Of a stretch of 64,000 bases of DNA, positions 20,707 to 30,506 are shown piece by piece. The DNA lies in contig CAVTBV010000013.1 in the NCBI GenBank assembly GCA_963733095.1, forward strand, positions 288,001 to 352,000. Reading direction: 5' to 3'. The notes beneath the pieces were generated by a model. That model did no database searches. It was not told the origin of the DNA and was given only the letters and a program-made list of their open reading frames with translations. The stretch is from Candidatus Bathyarchaeota archaeon. GTDB taxonomy: Archaea > Thermoproteota > Bathyarchaeia > Bathyarchaeales > Bathycorpusculaceae. Each line of letters begins with the position of its first letter. The stretch's first letter is position 1. Made by a program: the position numbers and the translations under genes.

Positions 20707-21211
20707 TCTGATATCCCACTAAATTTGATAATAAAATAATCTTATGTCAATGCTTAAGAAAGAACTTGCCAAAATTGATATATTCCAGATTTAACAGCAA
20801 AAATTTTTTCTGGACAATGTAAGACTGATTTACTAATTTCTTCTTTCAGGCGGTGAAAATTGAGTGAAAAGAGTCCTTTTCGAGTCTTAGGTTGAAATGA
20901 TCTTTAAGATTGAGTTTTCTATTTAACAAATTTAAACAACAATTCTACACCTAAGCGTCTAAAGGGTTACAGGTACGCTGATTGATTTGTTGTAACTTTG
21001 AAGTGGTGGTGACATTTTTTACAATTGTAGGCTTCAATAGTGAAGCTATAGTTTGTCAGTACCCGTGAAGGCTTGTTAACTTCTTTGCCGCAACTAGGAC
21101 AATGAACCATTTAGCATCATCTTGTTTTTAGATTCCTGCTAAGAATATGAATGTTATGAACTCAAAATATGAAGCGTGGAAACACTTCAATCTTCTCTGA
21201 ACACAAGCGAT

Positions 21212-21616
21212 CTATGTATTATCAGTTGACGAAAATTTAGAATTTTTCTGTTGCTCTTCTATCGCATCAAGGCGATTAGAAATTGTTTGAAAATTTCTGT
21301 CAATTGTATTTTCCAGAATTTCAAATCGTGCATTAATGCTTTCTTGATTAGTTGAGAGTTTAACTGTATTTTTGTTTCTTCCAAGAAATAATCCTACGCC
21401 GCCGACAACGAATAGCACACATGAAAGTACCATCCAAGAAGCAATAGCTGATAAGAATAGTGAAAAGAAAGAGTCAATCGATGGATTCGACGAACCCGTA
21501 AACAGGGCAGCCGGGTTAATTGTTTCTGTTATCCCAACGAAAAATCCGTAAATAAAGCAGAGTGTCCCCAGACAGACGAAGATGTATCCGACTACCCTCC
21601 ACGCTTTCATAGACAA
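21212..21616 (-). CDS. two-TM membrane protein with C-terminal coiled coil
   Basis: Two hydrophobic segments and a heptad-like tail. Confidence 0.7.
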   Translation of the reverse strand: MSMKAWRVVGYIFVCLGTLCFIYGFFVGITETINPAALFTGSSNPSIDSFFSLFLSAIASWMVLSCVLFVVGGVGLFLGRNKNTVKLSTNQESINARFEILENTIDRNFQTISNRLDAIEEQQKNSKFSSTDNT

Positions 21617-21915
21617 GCAGCATGCCCCCGGTTTGTTTTTAAAATTTGCCCACGTCCTTCACGAAGCCAATCACCTGCAGAACTCAAGTAGTCGCAAAAA
21701 CATGCACATTTCACTTCATTTAATATTCACCGACCTCAATCAAGCGTTAATGGAATGTGGTGGTTGATTTTCTGTTGCTGAGAAGGCAAACGAAGAAAAA
21801 ATGGGGTTGATATTTCCTTAAAGCAGACTGATTCGACGCAATTGCTTGGACGTTTTTAAATCTCATTATATATAGCGAATCGTAATATTGTTGGTATTAG
21901 CCTAAGCCAGTTATA

Positions 21916-22569
21916 TTGCGTTGCGGAAGAGAAATTCATAACGCTCGGAGAAGATTGAACGCTATGACTGTAACAGAAAGAATGCTTTCCGCAAAGTTGA
22001 CGGAAGCTGAACCAACCTTGGATTTGCTTGGTGCAGATCGAAAAGTGCTAAAGATTGCTTACGAGGACTTTAAGAACTATGAAAATTTTCTCGCTTTTAT
22101 GTCAGATAAAGCTGTTGAAAGTCAAGTCAAGATGCAGCTTTCTGAGAAGGAAAACCAGGAAGAGACTGGAGCATTTTTAAGCGCTTGGACCAGTTTATGG
22201 CTTAAAAAGTGGAAACAACGATTTAATCTCATCATAGGACAAACCAACCTTAAACAACAAAATTCAAACCCAGCAGCAACAGCTAAAGCACAAACTGCAT
22301 CGACAAATCTTGCAGCCAGAGAAGAAATGATAGAAATGATCGCTGTTACGTTAATTAAAAACTCTGAGATTTGCGGAACAACAATAGTTGCAGAAAATAT
22401 TCTTAGAAGCGAATTACTTAGAAATCCTGATTTAGACAGCGGCTGCTCTAAACAAGTCTTGACTCTTCTAAATTCAACATTAAATAAGGCTTATGAGACT
22501 TCAAAACGAACGGGTCCGTTGGTACACATCAAGGTTGAGAAGAACTACTATTGCGAATCCTGTCAATAA
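21916..22569 (+). CDS. hypothetical protein (likely start ATG ~21964)
   Basis: Long ORF with normal composition, co-oriented upstream of pilin 3. Confidence 0.7.
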   Translation: MRCGREIHNARRRLNAMTVTERMLSAKLTEAEPTLDLLGADRKVLKIAYEDFKNYENFLAFMSDKAVESQVKMQLSEKENQEETGAFLSAWTSLWLKKWKQRFNLIIGQTNLKQQNSNPAATAKAQTASTNLAAREEMIEMIAVTLIKNSEICGTTIVAENILRSELLRNPDLDSGCSKQVLTLLNSTLNKAYETSKRTGPLVHIKVEKNYYCESCQ

Positions 22570-22731
22570 AGAATTGTGATCAAATTTTTCCATTTATTTT
22601 ATAAATCTTTTCGGGTCTGGCTCAAAACAATTGAAATTTCATTTTGATGGAGTGATCCACAAAAGAAGCACTGTTAGAAAGGTTGCCAAACAAAAATAAC
22701 CCTTTGGTTACTTATTCTTGGAATATTCAGC

Positions 22732-22760
22732 ATGGAATATTATTCCATCCCTCTTAAATA
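22732..22760 (+). promoter_or_regulatory. perfect palindrome ATGGAATA-T-TATTCCAT plus TATA box of pilin 3
   Basis: 8-bp perfect inverted repeat 5 bp before TTAAATA. Confidence 0.7.
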
Positions 22761-22837
22761 CGACTTCTATTAAGAATAGCTTTGGACTTAACGCTAAATT
22801 AACAAATTAAACAAGTGGTAAAGGGAGAAGAGAAGAA

Positions 22838-25675
22838 ATGAGAAAAATAACTAAATTTAAACGTTCAATTCGCGCAGTATCTCCAGTTGTTGCAACTTTG
22901 CTGATGATTGCGATTGCTGTTATTGCAGGACTGGTTGTTTATGCTTGGGTAACAGGCTATATCGGTGTCACTACAAATAAAGCTGGAAATGCGATACAAA
23001 TCCAAAGTCTAACGACAGATCAGGACAGTAATCTAGTTGCATATGTTCAAAATGTTGGTCAAGGCGATGTAATTCTTGATTCTGGGTACGTAAACGGTGA
23101 ATTGGCCGCTCAATCTTTGAGCATTTCATTAGTTCAAGGTTCTACGGCAGCTGTCGCTACAACTTACCTCGTGACATCGGATTCATCATTGACGATAAAA
23201 ATAGTGACCACGGACGGCACTTTTACTCAATTTACAGGGTCTCCTAACTTCAATAGTGGACCTACCACCACTTATCAAGTAGCCTTCAATTTAGGTTCCG
23301 GCGGCGCTTCTATGGTTCCTTCAGGAACCCATTCATATGCATCAGGAACAGGGGTGGCCGTGTACACACTGTCTAGTTCGGGCTACCAGTTTTCATCCTG
23401 GACAAGCACAGGAAGCATCACTTTTGATTCTGGAAGTTCAGCTTCTACAATTGCCCATATTGATGGGGCAGGAGCAGTGACTTCTAACTTCGTTTCTGTG
23501 CAGCCATCTCAAAACTATCAAGTAACATTCAACTTGGGCCAAGGAGGATCATCGATGACACCAACGGGTACCCAAACATACTCTGGTGGTTCATCCGTCC
23601 CTGTTTCAGCCATAGCTTCATCGGGTTACCAGTTTTCATCCTGGACAAGCACTGACACAATTTCTTTTGACTCAGCAACTTCTGTCTCCACAGTAGCTCA
23701 CGTAAACAGTGCAGGCTCAATTACCGCCAATTTCATAGCCACTCAACCAACACAGAACTACCAAGTGAGTTGGGTCTTAGGTGCTGGCGGATCCTCAATG
23801 AATCCCACTGGAACCCAAAGCTACGCAGGAGGTTCAATCGTGACAATTAATGCTATTCCTTCTTCAGGATACCAGTTCTTATATTGGGTCAGCGCAGCTA
23901 CATCTGGTTCTATCACATTTGGCTCTGTTACCTCAGCTGTCACGACCGCGCAAATCAACGGCGCCGGCTTCGTCACAGCTAACTTTGTCCAAGTTCAAAC
24001 TGGCCAAAACTATCAAGTAACTTTCAGCACAAATGGCGGCGGAAGCAGCTCCACTACAAACCCAACTGGCACTCAAACATACGCAGCTGGAACAATAGTT
24101 CCAATTACCGCTACTGCCGGTTCAGGCTACCAATTTTCATCGTGGAGCAGTACGGGCGCAATTTCCTTTGGAACTTCAACTTCAGCTTCAACAAATGCAC
24201 AAATTAACGGAGACGGATCAATCATAGCTAACTTTATAACCCCACAAGCAGGCCAGAACTATCAAGTAACCTTCAACTTAGGCACTGGTGGAGCATCCAT
24301 GAACCCCACCGGTATTCAGACTTACGCAGGAGGCTCCGCCGTACAAGTTTCCACTGTTGCTGCATCAGGATACCAATTCTCCTCTTGGACAAGCACAGGC
24401 TCGATTTCATTTGACTCCACAACATCAAGCTCTACAATCGCTCATATCAACAGCGCTGGTTCCATTACTGCCAATTTCGCATCTATCACAACAGGTCAAA
24501 ACTACCAAGTTACATTCACCTTGGGCAACGGAGGCGCATCCATGAGTCCAACCGGAACCAACAGTTATGCAGCAGGATCAACAATACCTATCAGCGCAAC
24601 TGTAGCTTCTGGCTACAGATTTTCCAGCTGGACAAGCTCAGGCATTATTTCTTTTGATGGAGCAACCTCAGCATCTACCAATGCGCATATTGGTAGCGAC
24701 GGCGCCATAACAGCTAACTTTGTTACGAACCAACATACCATTACTGTTACTCAGGGTTCTAATGGCGTTATTACTCCTGGAACAATTGCTGTCAACGAAG
24801 GGGCTAGCCAGACTTTCACAATCACTCCCAACACCGGCTATCATGTCCTCAATGTAGTTGTTGACGGTTCATCGAAAGGCGCCCTTACCTCATGGACTTT
24901 CACTAACGTCATAGTTGACCATACTATAACTGCGACGTTTGCAAGCGGAGCATATCACACTATAACAGCTATCGCAGGCGCAAATGGGCAAATAAACCCT
25001 TCAGGCTCAGTACAAGTCACAGACGGTGCAAGCCAAACATTCACAATCACACCTAACAACGGATATGTAATAGCTAGTCTAACGGTTGACGGCCAATCTG
25101 CAGGCTATGGACAATCATACACATTCACAAACGTTAGGGCGGACCATTCGATAACAGCCACCTTCACTGCAGGCTCAACACTGATCAACACAGGTTATGA
25201 TGGAAACCCGTGGGATAGCAATTGGATGGCAGGAGGAAATCCACCATGGCGTGCAGCCCCCGGTGAAGGCGTATTAGGGAGCACTGCTGCAAAATCTGAT
25301 TCAATAGTCGGAGACTCTGGACCATTCACATCCAACTATGTGAATACTCAGGGAGCCACTACCATACGAATAACCTTCATGTACAAGGTACAAAACACAA
25401 ACTCAGCAAATGATCTCAAGATAGAATATTGCGCGACCAACTCCGCAACAACTCCTAACCTAAACCCCGGAAGCAGAGACTTCACTACAATTGCAAACAT
25501 AGGCCAAACCAATCCAACCGACACTTGGACTGTTGGAAGTGTCACATTTACGAGTGCAGCAAACCCCGAAGCCTTCAGATCACACTTCTACTTCAGATTC
25601 GAGAGCACCCTTCAAACACATAACGGCCTTGCAGAAACCGCGTGGATCGACAACGTAATAATCACAATCTCTTAG
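22838..25675 (+). CDS. large archaeal type IV pilin-adhesin 3 with 6+2 tandem beta repeats and a jelly-roll-like tip
   Basis: IRA/VSPVVATLLMIAI class III signal; six YQV..GYQFSSW..ITANF repeats, two HTIT..ITPN.GY..ITATF repeats; C-terminal AWIDNVII. Confidence 0.92.
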   Translation: MRKITKFKRSIRAVSPVVATLLMIAIAVIAGLVVYAWVTGYIGVTTNKAGNAIQIQSLTTDQDSNLVAYVQNVGQGDVILDSGYVNGELAAQSLSISLVQGSTAAVATTYLVTSDSSLTIKIVTTDGTFTQFTGSPNFNSGPTTTYQVAFNLGSGGASMVPSGTHSYASGTGVAVYTLSSSGYQFSSWTSTGSITFDSGSSASTIAHIDGAGAVTSNFVSVQPSQNYQVTFNLGQGGSSMTPTGTQTYSGGSSVPVSAIASSGYQFSSWTSTDTISFDSATSVSTVAHVNSAGSITANFIATQPTQNYQVSWVLGAGGSSMNPTGTQSYAGGSIVTINAIPSSGYQFLYWVSAATSGSITFGSVTSAVTTAQINGAGFVTANFVQVQTGQNYQVTFSTNGGGSSSTTNPTGTQTYAAGTIVPITATAGSGYQFSSWSSTGAISFGTSTSASTNAQINGDGSIIANFITPQAGQNYQVTFNLGTGGASMNPTGIQTYAGGSAVQVSTVAASGYQFSSWTSTGSISFDSTTSSSTIAHINSAGSITANFASITTGQNYQVTFTLGNGGASMSPTGTNSYAAGSTIPISATVASGYRFSSWTSSGIISFDGATSASTNAHIGSDGAITANFVTNQHTITVTQGSNGVITPGTIAVNEGASQTFTITPNTGYHVLNVVVDGSSKGALTSWTFTNVIVDHTITATFASGAYHTITAIAGANGQINPSGSVQVTDGASQTFTITPNNGYVIASLTVDGQSAGYGQSYTFTNVRADHSITATFTAGSTLINTGYDGNPWDSNWMAGGNPPWRAAPGEGVLGSTAAKSDSIVGDSGPFTSNYVNTQGATTIRITFMYKVQNTNSANDLKIEYCATNSATTPNLNPGSRDFTTIANIGQTNPTDTWTVGSVTFTSAANPEAFRSHFYFRFESTLQTHNGLAETAWIDNVIITIS

Positions 25676-25780
25676 TTTGCTGACAATAAACAAAAATCCC
25701 CCCTCATTTTTGTTTTTAAATTACATACAAAGGCTTAAAAGAAATTTAAAAGCAATAAGGGCTATTAGGACTGAGAAAAC

Positions 25781-26512
25781 ATGAGAATTAAATTGGCGTC
25801 AATAGTTGTTCTTTTAATTCTGCTAACTCTTGCTTCAACCCAACTAGTTTTAGGTCAAACTACTATAGTTGGAGTTAAATCTGGAGACACGTTCAACTAT
25901 ACCTACAAAATTAGTTGGGACTCAACTGATCCCACTGCAACCGTTCCAGAATTATATGAAGAACTAAATACCACTCAATTCATCCGAATTACTGTAATCG
26001 AAATTACGGGGTCATTGATTAATGTGGACTTCACAAGGCACTTCAACAACGGGACTGAACAAACACAAAATGGAGACATAGATGTCAACACACAGCTTCT
26101 TGGAATCCCTTATAGTGTACTAATAATACGTGCAAATGCAAACCCAGGAGAAAAGATTTATCCCGCTGGTGGACACGCAGTACTGACCGACACCGCGACA
26201 AGAAGCTATGAGATTGGTCAAATCGATGCAATTCGATATATTTCACCGGATACAAGCGGCGCCAACTCCGAAAAAACAGAAATTTACTACACTAGTGACG
26301 GAGTAGGACTTGAATATAACTCCATTAGTCAAGAGACCTCTGGATCTTATGTCACAACTACTAGGGAAACACTTGCAATCAACTCTTGGGTTATTCCAGA
26401 GTTTCCGCTCACGGCAATCCTTATGATATTATTAATTGCAATTCCTATACTGTTGATAGCTTACAAGAAAATGAACCTGTCTAACCACAAAATTGCAGTG
26501 CTCCTAAAATAA
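25781..26512 (+). CDS. secreted protein with PEF-CTERM-like sorting tail
   Basis: Signal peptide; VGVKSGDTFNY; IPEFP followed by TM and basic residues. Confidence 0.8.
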   Translation: MRIKLASIVVLLILLTLASTQLVLGQTTIVGVKSGDTFNYTYKISWDSTDPTATVPELYEELNTTQFIRITVIEITGSLINVDFTRHFNNGTEQTQNGDIDVNTQLLGIPYSVLIIRANANPGEKIYPAGGHAVLTDTATRSYEIGQIDAIRYISPDTSGANSEKTEIYYTSDGVGLEYNSISQETSGSYVTTTRETLAINSWVIPEFPLTAILMILLIAIPILLIAYKKMNLSNHKIAVLLK

Positions 26513-26547
26513 TAATCTCTTTTTTAGGGCTAAACTCACCTTTAAGG

Positions 26548-26793
26548 CTAGCAAGCTGCCGCTTTTAGGTTTGCCCTATCCAACTGTCTCTTCTTATGCA
26601 AGATATATCCGAAGAAGTATGATGATCCAGCGATCAAAAATGCGCTATCTATAGAATTTGGAAAAGAGGGAAAATAAACCCAGTGGTTAAAGAACGTTAC
26701 AAACTTCAATGCGATTCCAATGGTTCCGAAGAAAAAGCCTACTAGTAATCCGTTGGAGAGGACCTCTTTCCAGCTTTTATCTGAAGCCTTCAA
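26548..26793 (-). CDS. small two-TM membrane protein
   Basis: Two hydrophobic helices with basic tail. Confidence 0.55.
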   Translation of the reverse strand: MKASDKSWKEVLSNGLLVGFFFGTIGIALKFVTFFNHWVYFPSFPNSIDSAFLIAGSSYFFGYILHKKRQLDRANLKAAAC

Positions 26794-26962
26794 ACTTCCA
26801 CTTCCGTGCCAAGTATTAAGCCTAATGGATTCAAGGCGAACCGCTAGAAATAATTGAATGGCTTCAACAAAAGTGTGTGTGGCTTCATTGTGTAATCACA
26901 AACGAGCTAGAATCTGTAAAAACTTCAAATTCGTTGGATGAACATCGCTTGTATTTAGTAAT

Positions 26963-27133
26963 TTATGCTTTAGCTTTGCAACCTTTTCTGAGGTAGCAGG
27001 CAGGGCAGTTTTTCTCTTCGCCTGTATTCCAGCAGATTCTGATTGGGGTGGGGGTGTCCTCTACTGTTGATCCGATGACTATTGAACCTTGGAATACTTG
27101 TGTTTCTTGAGTCTTGACCTTTGAGTGTGGCAT
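26963..27133 (-). CDS. small Cys-rich protein (56 aa; C-x8-CPAC-x5-C)
   Basis: Hand translation MPHSKVKTQETQVFQGSIVIGSTVEDTPTPIRICWNTGEEKNCPACYLRKGCKAKA; more protein-like than the overlapping track ORF. Confidence 0.5.
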   Translation of the reverse strand: MPHSKVKTQETQVFQGSIVIGSTVEDTPTPIRICWNTGEEKNCPACYLRKGCKAKA

Positions 27134-27359
27134 GGTGTCTCTGTATAATCATGTTGAATATAAATTTTTTGTTTATTAAGAATCAAGATTGCGGATTAAG
27201 ATTGAAACTCTATGCATTCTTGTACCTCAACCAAAAACGCTGCAAGATACCAATACCACAATTTCATCAACAGCTTGCGCTTAAATAATGTGTGCCGAAC
27301 AAGTCTTAGCAAACTGATTCAAAATGTAGTAGCGCCAATGGCCCATACAAAGAAACTGT

Positions 27360-27743
27360 TTAAAATCGTGGTACTTTTCGGATTGAGCACATAAAGGGTT
27401 TCCTATTTTGAGAAGTCTTGAAGGCTAATGTAGATATCTTTACACAACTTGGATATTCGCTGGAATCATCACTTAACAAATCTAGTACCTGCTGTTGGCG
27501 CTCCATGAACTCGAGACCCTTGGGTGTTGACTGAAAAATCACTTTTTCGTTGTTTGAAGATTTCTTAAGCATACCGCTGTTCGACAGGAAAAATAAATAC
27601 TGGTTTAGTTGGGCGAAGCTAAGGTTGGCTTTGAACATGATGTTAGTTTTGGAGGTGCCTTTTTTGGCTATGTCTATGATTTCTGCCATGATTATGAGTT
27701 TATCTCGTCTTTTCGGGGATGTTTCGATTAGTTCTGTGGTCAT
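27360..27743 (-). CDS. winged-helix transcriptional regulator (archaeal type)
   Basis: KRRDKLIIMAEII...KTNIMFKANLSFAQLNQYL...TPKGLEF. Confidence 0.88.
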   Translation of the reverse strand: MTTELIETSPKRRDKLIIMAEIIDIAKKGTSKTNIMFKANLSFAQLNQYLFFLSNSGMLKKSSNNEKVIFQSTPKGLEFMERQQQVLDLLSDDSSEYPSCVKISTLAFKTSQNRKPFMCSIRKVPRF

Positions 27744-27939
27744 GTTGGTTCCTTTTCTAGAGTTATGATCTATACTTGAATCATGCGACTTGTGTTATAA
27801 GTCATGTTTCAAGCCGATTAGTATATCGGGCTTCGTAATATAACGCTTAAAGTTTTAGCTAAAATTAGCTAAGAGGCATATACCCTAAATCTAAAATTTA
27901 AGATAGTTCCTTAGAATCCTCAGAATTAAGATACTTCGA

Positions 27940-28071
27940 ATAACGCTAAGGGCGATAGATACGTTGAAAAAAGTCTGTAGACCTTTGGAAGTTGGCTTTG
28001 AAAGCGTTAAGCAAGTAGAAAGCATTAAGATATTGATTAGCCAAAAGAATAATGGAAAGAAAAACGAGTAA
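27940..28071 (+). pseudogene. possible decayed C-terminus of a tyrosine integrase
   Basis: TLKKVCRPLEVGFESVKQVESIKIL resembles the GFEFV...IYRKRK tail of the integrase relic at 58989-59270. Confidence 0.35.
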
Positions 28072-28104
28072 AGTACCTTAGAATAGTCAAGTTTTCAGAG
28101 AAAA

Positions 28105-28120
28105 ATGTATATCAAGGTAT
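28105..28120 (+). repeat. attL core ATGTATATCAAGGTAT
   Basis: Exact match to 42072-42087; ends 62 bp before the integrase ATG. Confidence 0.8.
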
Positions 28121-28182
28121 AAGTAAGCTTCAACTTACTAAAATACCAAAACTTAAATAGTTAAAAAACATCTATTGAATAC

Positions 28183-29532
28183 ATGGCAAGAAAAATAGGG
28201 CAACGAGGAACACAAGGCAACGTATACGGCACAGAATTACTAGATTATAAAAGTGTCAAAAAATGGATGAACAGCTTAGAGCAATCTGCAGTTAGCAAGG
28301 GAAAGTTGCTTACTCATAACGCAAAGAGGCAGCGGCTTGGAAGACTCATGGAATATACTGGGGATGGCGAGATTAACCCCGATTTTCTGCTTGATGAGGC
28401 TAGACAAAACATTGAAGCAGCCGGCACTCGACTGCAAAATTTTTTTACCGCTAAACTGAAAAGCGGCGTTGAATGGAACGGTGCTGTAACCGCTCTTTGT
28501 TTTCTAAGAGGCTTCTACAGCCACAACGACATAGTTTTCCCTAAAAGAATGAAAGTGCCAAAACGCCATATATCCACGGTAAAAAAAACAGATAAGAAAA
28601 CAGAGATTTACGGCTACGACGAATCCACAGACGAAACCATCTTTCGAAACGGCTTGCTGCAGCACTTCTTTGATAATCTAAATTTCCGGGACCAAACAAT
28701 CGGTTTAAGCATCTTCTCATCAGGTGCAGATGCAGCCGACATTTTGAAGCTCAAAATAGGATTCGTTAAAGATGCCAGGGGCAATCTATCAACTGCAAAA
28801 CGGTTCTTCCTGCACGATAACCGATTGAAAGACGGCGTTGAATATAAAACATTTTTCAGCGCTGAAGCCACCGAGTATATAAGACGATATGTTCAGCAAG
28901 AGAGAAGTAAAGCCGAGAACGATGAATTTCTATTTGTTAAAGAGGACGGCGAACAAATTCCCGTTCACGCACTAACAATGAATTTTAGGACAGCCGCCGA
29001 GAAAATGGGTTACCTTATCGATGATGAAAGTAACCCGTTTCGACCTAAAAGATTCCGCTCACTTTTCCGTACTGCCTGTGGAATCGCAAACGTTGACGCT
29101 GGGATGATCATGGCTTTTATGGGTCATTCAAGCGATATGTCAGCTACCTACCTTGAAAAGTCAGATGGGCTTTTCCTAAAGGAATACATCAAAGTTGAAC
29201 CTTATCTAACCGTTTACGGCTTAGATAAATCTCAGATTATAGCGGTTAACGAAAACGTCGACGAACTAAAACAGGAAATTCAAACACTCAAAGAAGAATT
29301 ACTAGATTTAAGAACAGTTGTTACTCCATTAATAGGAATAGCCGAGAGACAACTAAGAGTTTACAGTCGAACTCGAGACCTACATGCAGAGACAGCGCCA
29401 AAACTTGAAGCCATCGATTCACCACTCGCCAAGCAAGCGCGGGAATCGGAACAATACCTAACGGCTGAAGCCGACAAGCTGCAGAAAGAGCTTGATTTAG
29501 CAAAACAAATACTCAACAAAAAACAAGCTTAA
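28183..29532 (+). CDS. int: tyrosine recombinase/integrase with C-terminal coiled coil
   Basis: FRDQTI..SSGADAAD, NRLKDG, FRPKRFRSLF, FMGHSSDMSATY (catalytic Tyr). Confidence 0.88.
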   Translation: MARKIGQRGTQGNVYGTELLDYKSVKKWMNSLEQSAVSKGKLLTHNAKRQRLGRLMEYTGDGEINPDFLLDEARQNIEAAGTRLQNFFTAKLKSGVEWNGAVTALCFLRGFYSHNDIVFPKRMKVPKRHISTVKKTDKKTEIYGYDESTDETIFRNGLLQHFFDNLNFRDQTIGLSIFSSGADAADILKLKIGFVKDARGNLSTAKRFFLHDNRLKDGVEYKTFFSAEATEYIRRYVQQERSKAENDEFLFVKEDGEQIPVHALTMNFRTAAEKMGYLIDDESNPFRPKRFRSLFRTACGIANVDAGMIMAFMGHSSDMSATYLEKSDGLFLKEYIKVEPYLTVYGLDKSQIIAVNENVDELKQEIQTLKEELLDLRTVVTPLIGIAERQLRVYSRTRDLHAETAPKLEAIDSPLAKQARESEQYLTAEADKLQKELDLAKQILNKKQA

Positions 29533-29564
29533 ACCATGAAACGCAAACCCAAACTAAAAAACAG

Positions 29565-29996
29565 CTAACTTTTATTTTCCATGTTTTTCAGAATTTCTTT
29601 TAATGTTTGCCTAAGATCCGTTGTTTGAAGAATCATTTCAATTGCTTGTTGTTTGTTTTGTAAATTAGTAAGCTTTTTGCGGCCCGTTTCAGTTACTTGA
29701 TAAACAGGCTTGTTTGTTTCTTTGTTAATTGCTTTTTCAATTATGTCTTCTTTCATCAGTTCTTTGATGTAGCGCAAAAGCGTTTGTCGTGCGATTCGAT
29801 TTCCAGAAAACACAACTTTTCCACAGTCGACGCAAACAAGTTCTCTCGTATCTTTGTCTACAATGATATGTGAAGAATTGCATATTGGGCATGGACTTTT
29901 GAAAGTTGTTGGTCCAACAAATTGTCTTTCAAGTTCGCTCCAACTTGCCTTTTTCTTTTCAACGATGAAAGATGCTATTTCAAGATCATCAACCAT
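29565..29996 (-). CDS. winged-helix regulator with inserted TFIIB-type zinc ribbon
   Basis: ASWSELE..[CPICNSSHIIVDKDTRELVCVDCG]..ARQTLLRYIKEL...VYQVTETG. Confidence 0.8.
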   Translation of the reverse strand: MVDDLEIASFIVEKKKASWSELERQFVGPTTFKSPCPICNSSHIIVDKDTRELVCVDCGKVVFSGNRIARQTLLRYIKELMKEDIIEKAINKETNKPVYQVTETGRKKLTNLQNKQQAIEMILQTTDLRQTLKEILKNMENKS

Positions 29997-29999
29997 TTT

Positions 30000-30065
30000 A
30001 GTCTACTCCGTTAGACTTTACTCTGTCACATAAGACTTATTAATGTTGTTATCTACTATAGTAGA
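30000..30065. promoter_or_regulatory. divergent promoter with palindromes AGTCTA-N6-TAGACT (30000-30017) and TCTACTATAGTAGA (30052-30065)
   Basis: Inverted repeats between the wHTH regulator and the replication operon. Confidence 0.5.
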
Positions 30066-30203
30066 GTACACTCTAAAGATGCAGATAAACTCGTCCGTGG
30101 ATTATTCGAGACCAATGAAAAATCACCCAAACAAAAGCACGAAGAAACACCATCAAAACCACCGTTAAAAAGAGCCAAGTCAGAGCCTCTTGAAATTGAG
30201 TGT

Positions 30204-30482
30204 TTGCAGGAAAAAACCTACAAGGTTGTCCGAAAGGACAAAGAACAACAGGAGAACAAACCAGAAATGGAACCAGAATACACATTTAACTCAGATTCTC
30301 AATCACAAAGTAAACCCCTTGAAAAACAACCTTATGCTGCATTTGTAGTAAAAGGCGACCCTGAAGAAATAGCTAAACTAAAAGAACACATACTTGAAGA
30401 AACAACCCTTCGCCTAATTTACCAACATAGGGACAGCCGATACCTCAAAGTTTCCCCAGCTACCGAAAAAGACAATTTCTAA
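30204..30482 (+). CDS. hypothetical protein upstream of the replication gene
   Basis: 92-aa ORF co-oriented with and 24 bp before rep. Confidence 0.65.
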   Translation: MQEKTYKVVRKDKEQQENKPEMEPEYTFNSDSQSQSKPLEKQPYAAFVVKGDPEEIAKLKEHILEETTLRLIYQHRDSRYLKVSPATEKDNF

Positions 30483-30506
30483 TCAGACTTTCAGGAACCG
30501 CAAACC

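Noticed and set aside
6130-22748. Calling the palindrome an NrpR box because glutamate synthase is nearby
   Set aside because: The spacer is N5 rather than N6, and the sites track pilin promoters, not the glutamate synthase promoter
23260-25170. CRISPR-like or non-coding tandem repeat
   Set aside because: The ~240-bp units are degenerate in-frame coding repeats of pilin 3
26970-27152. 60-aa track ORF
   Set aside because: The overlapping frame 26963-27133 gives a more credible Cys-motif protein
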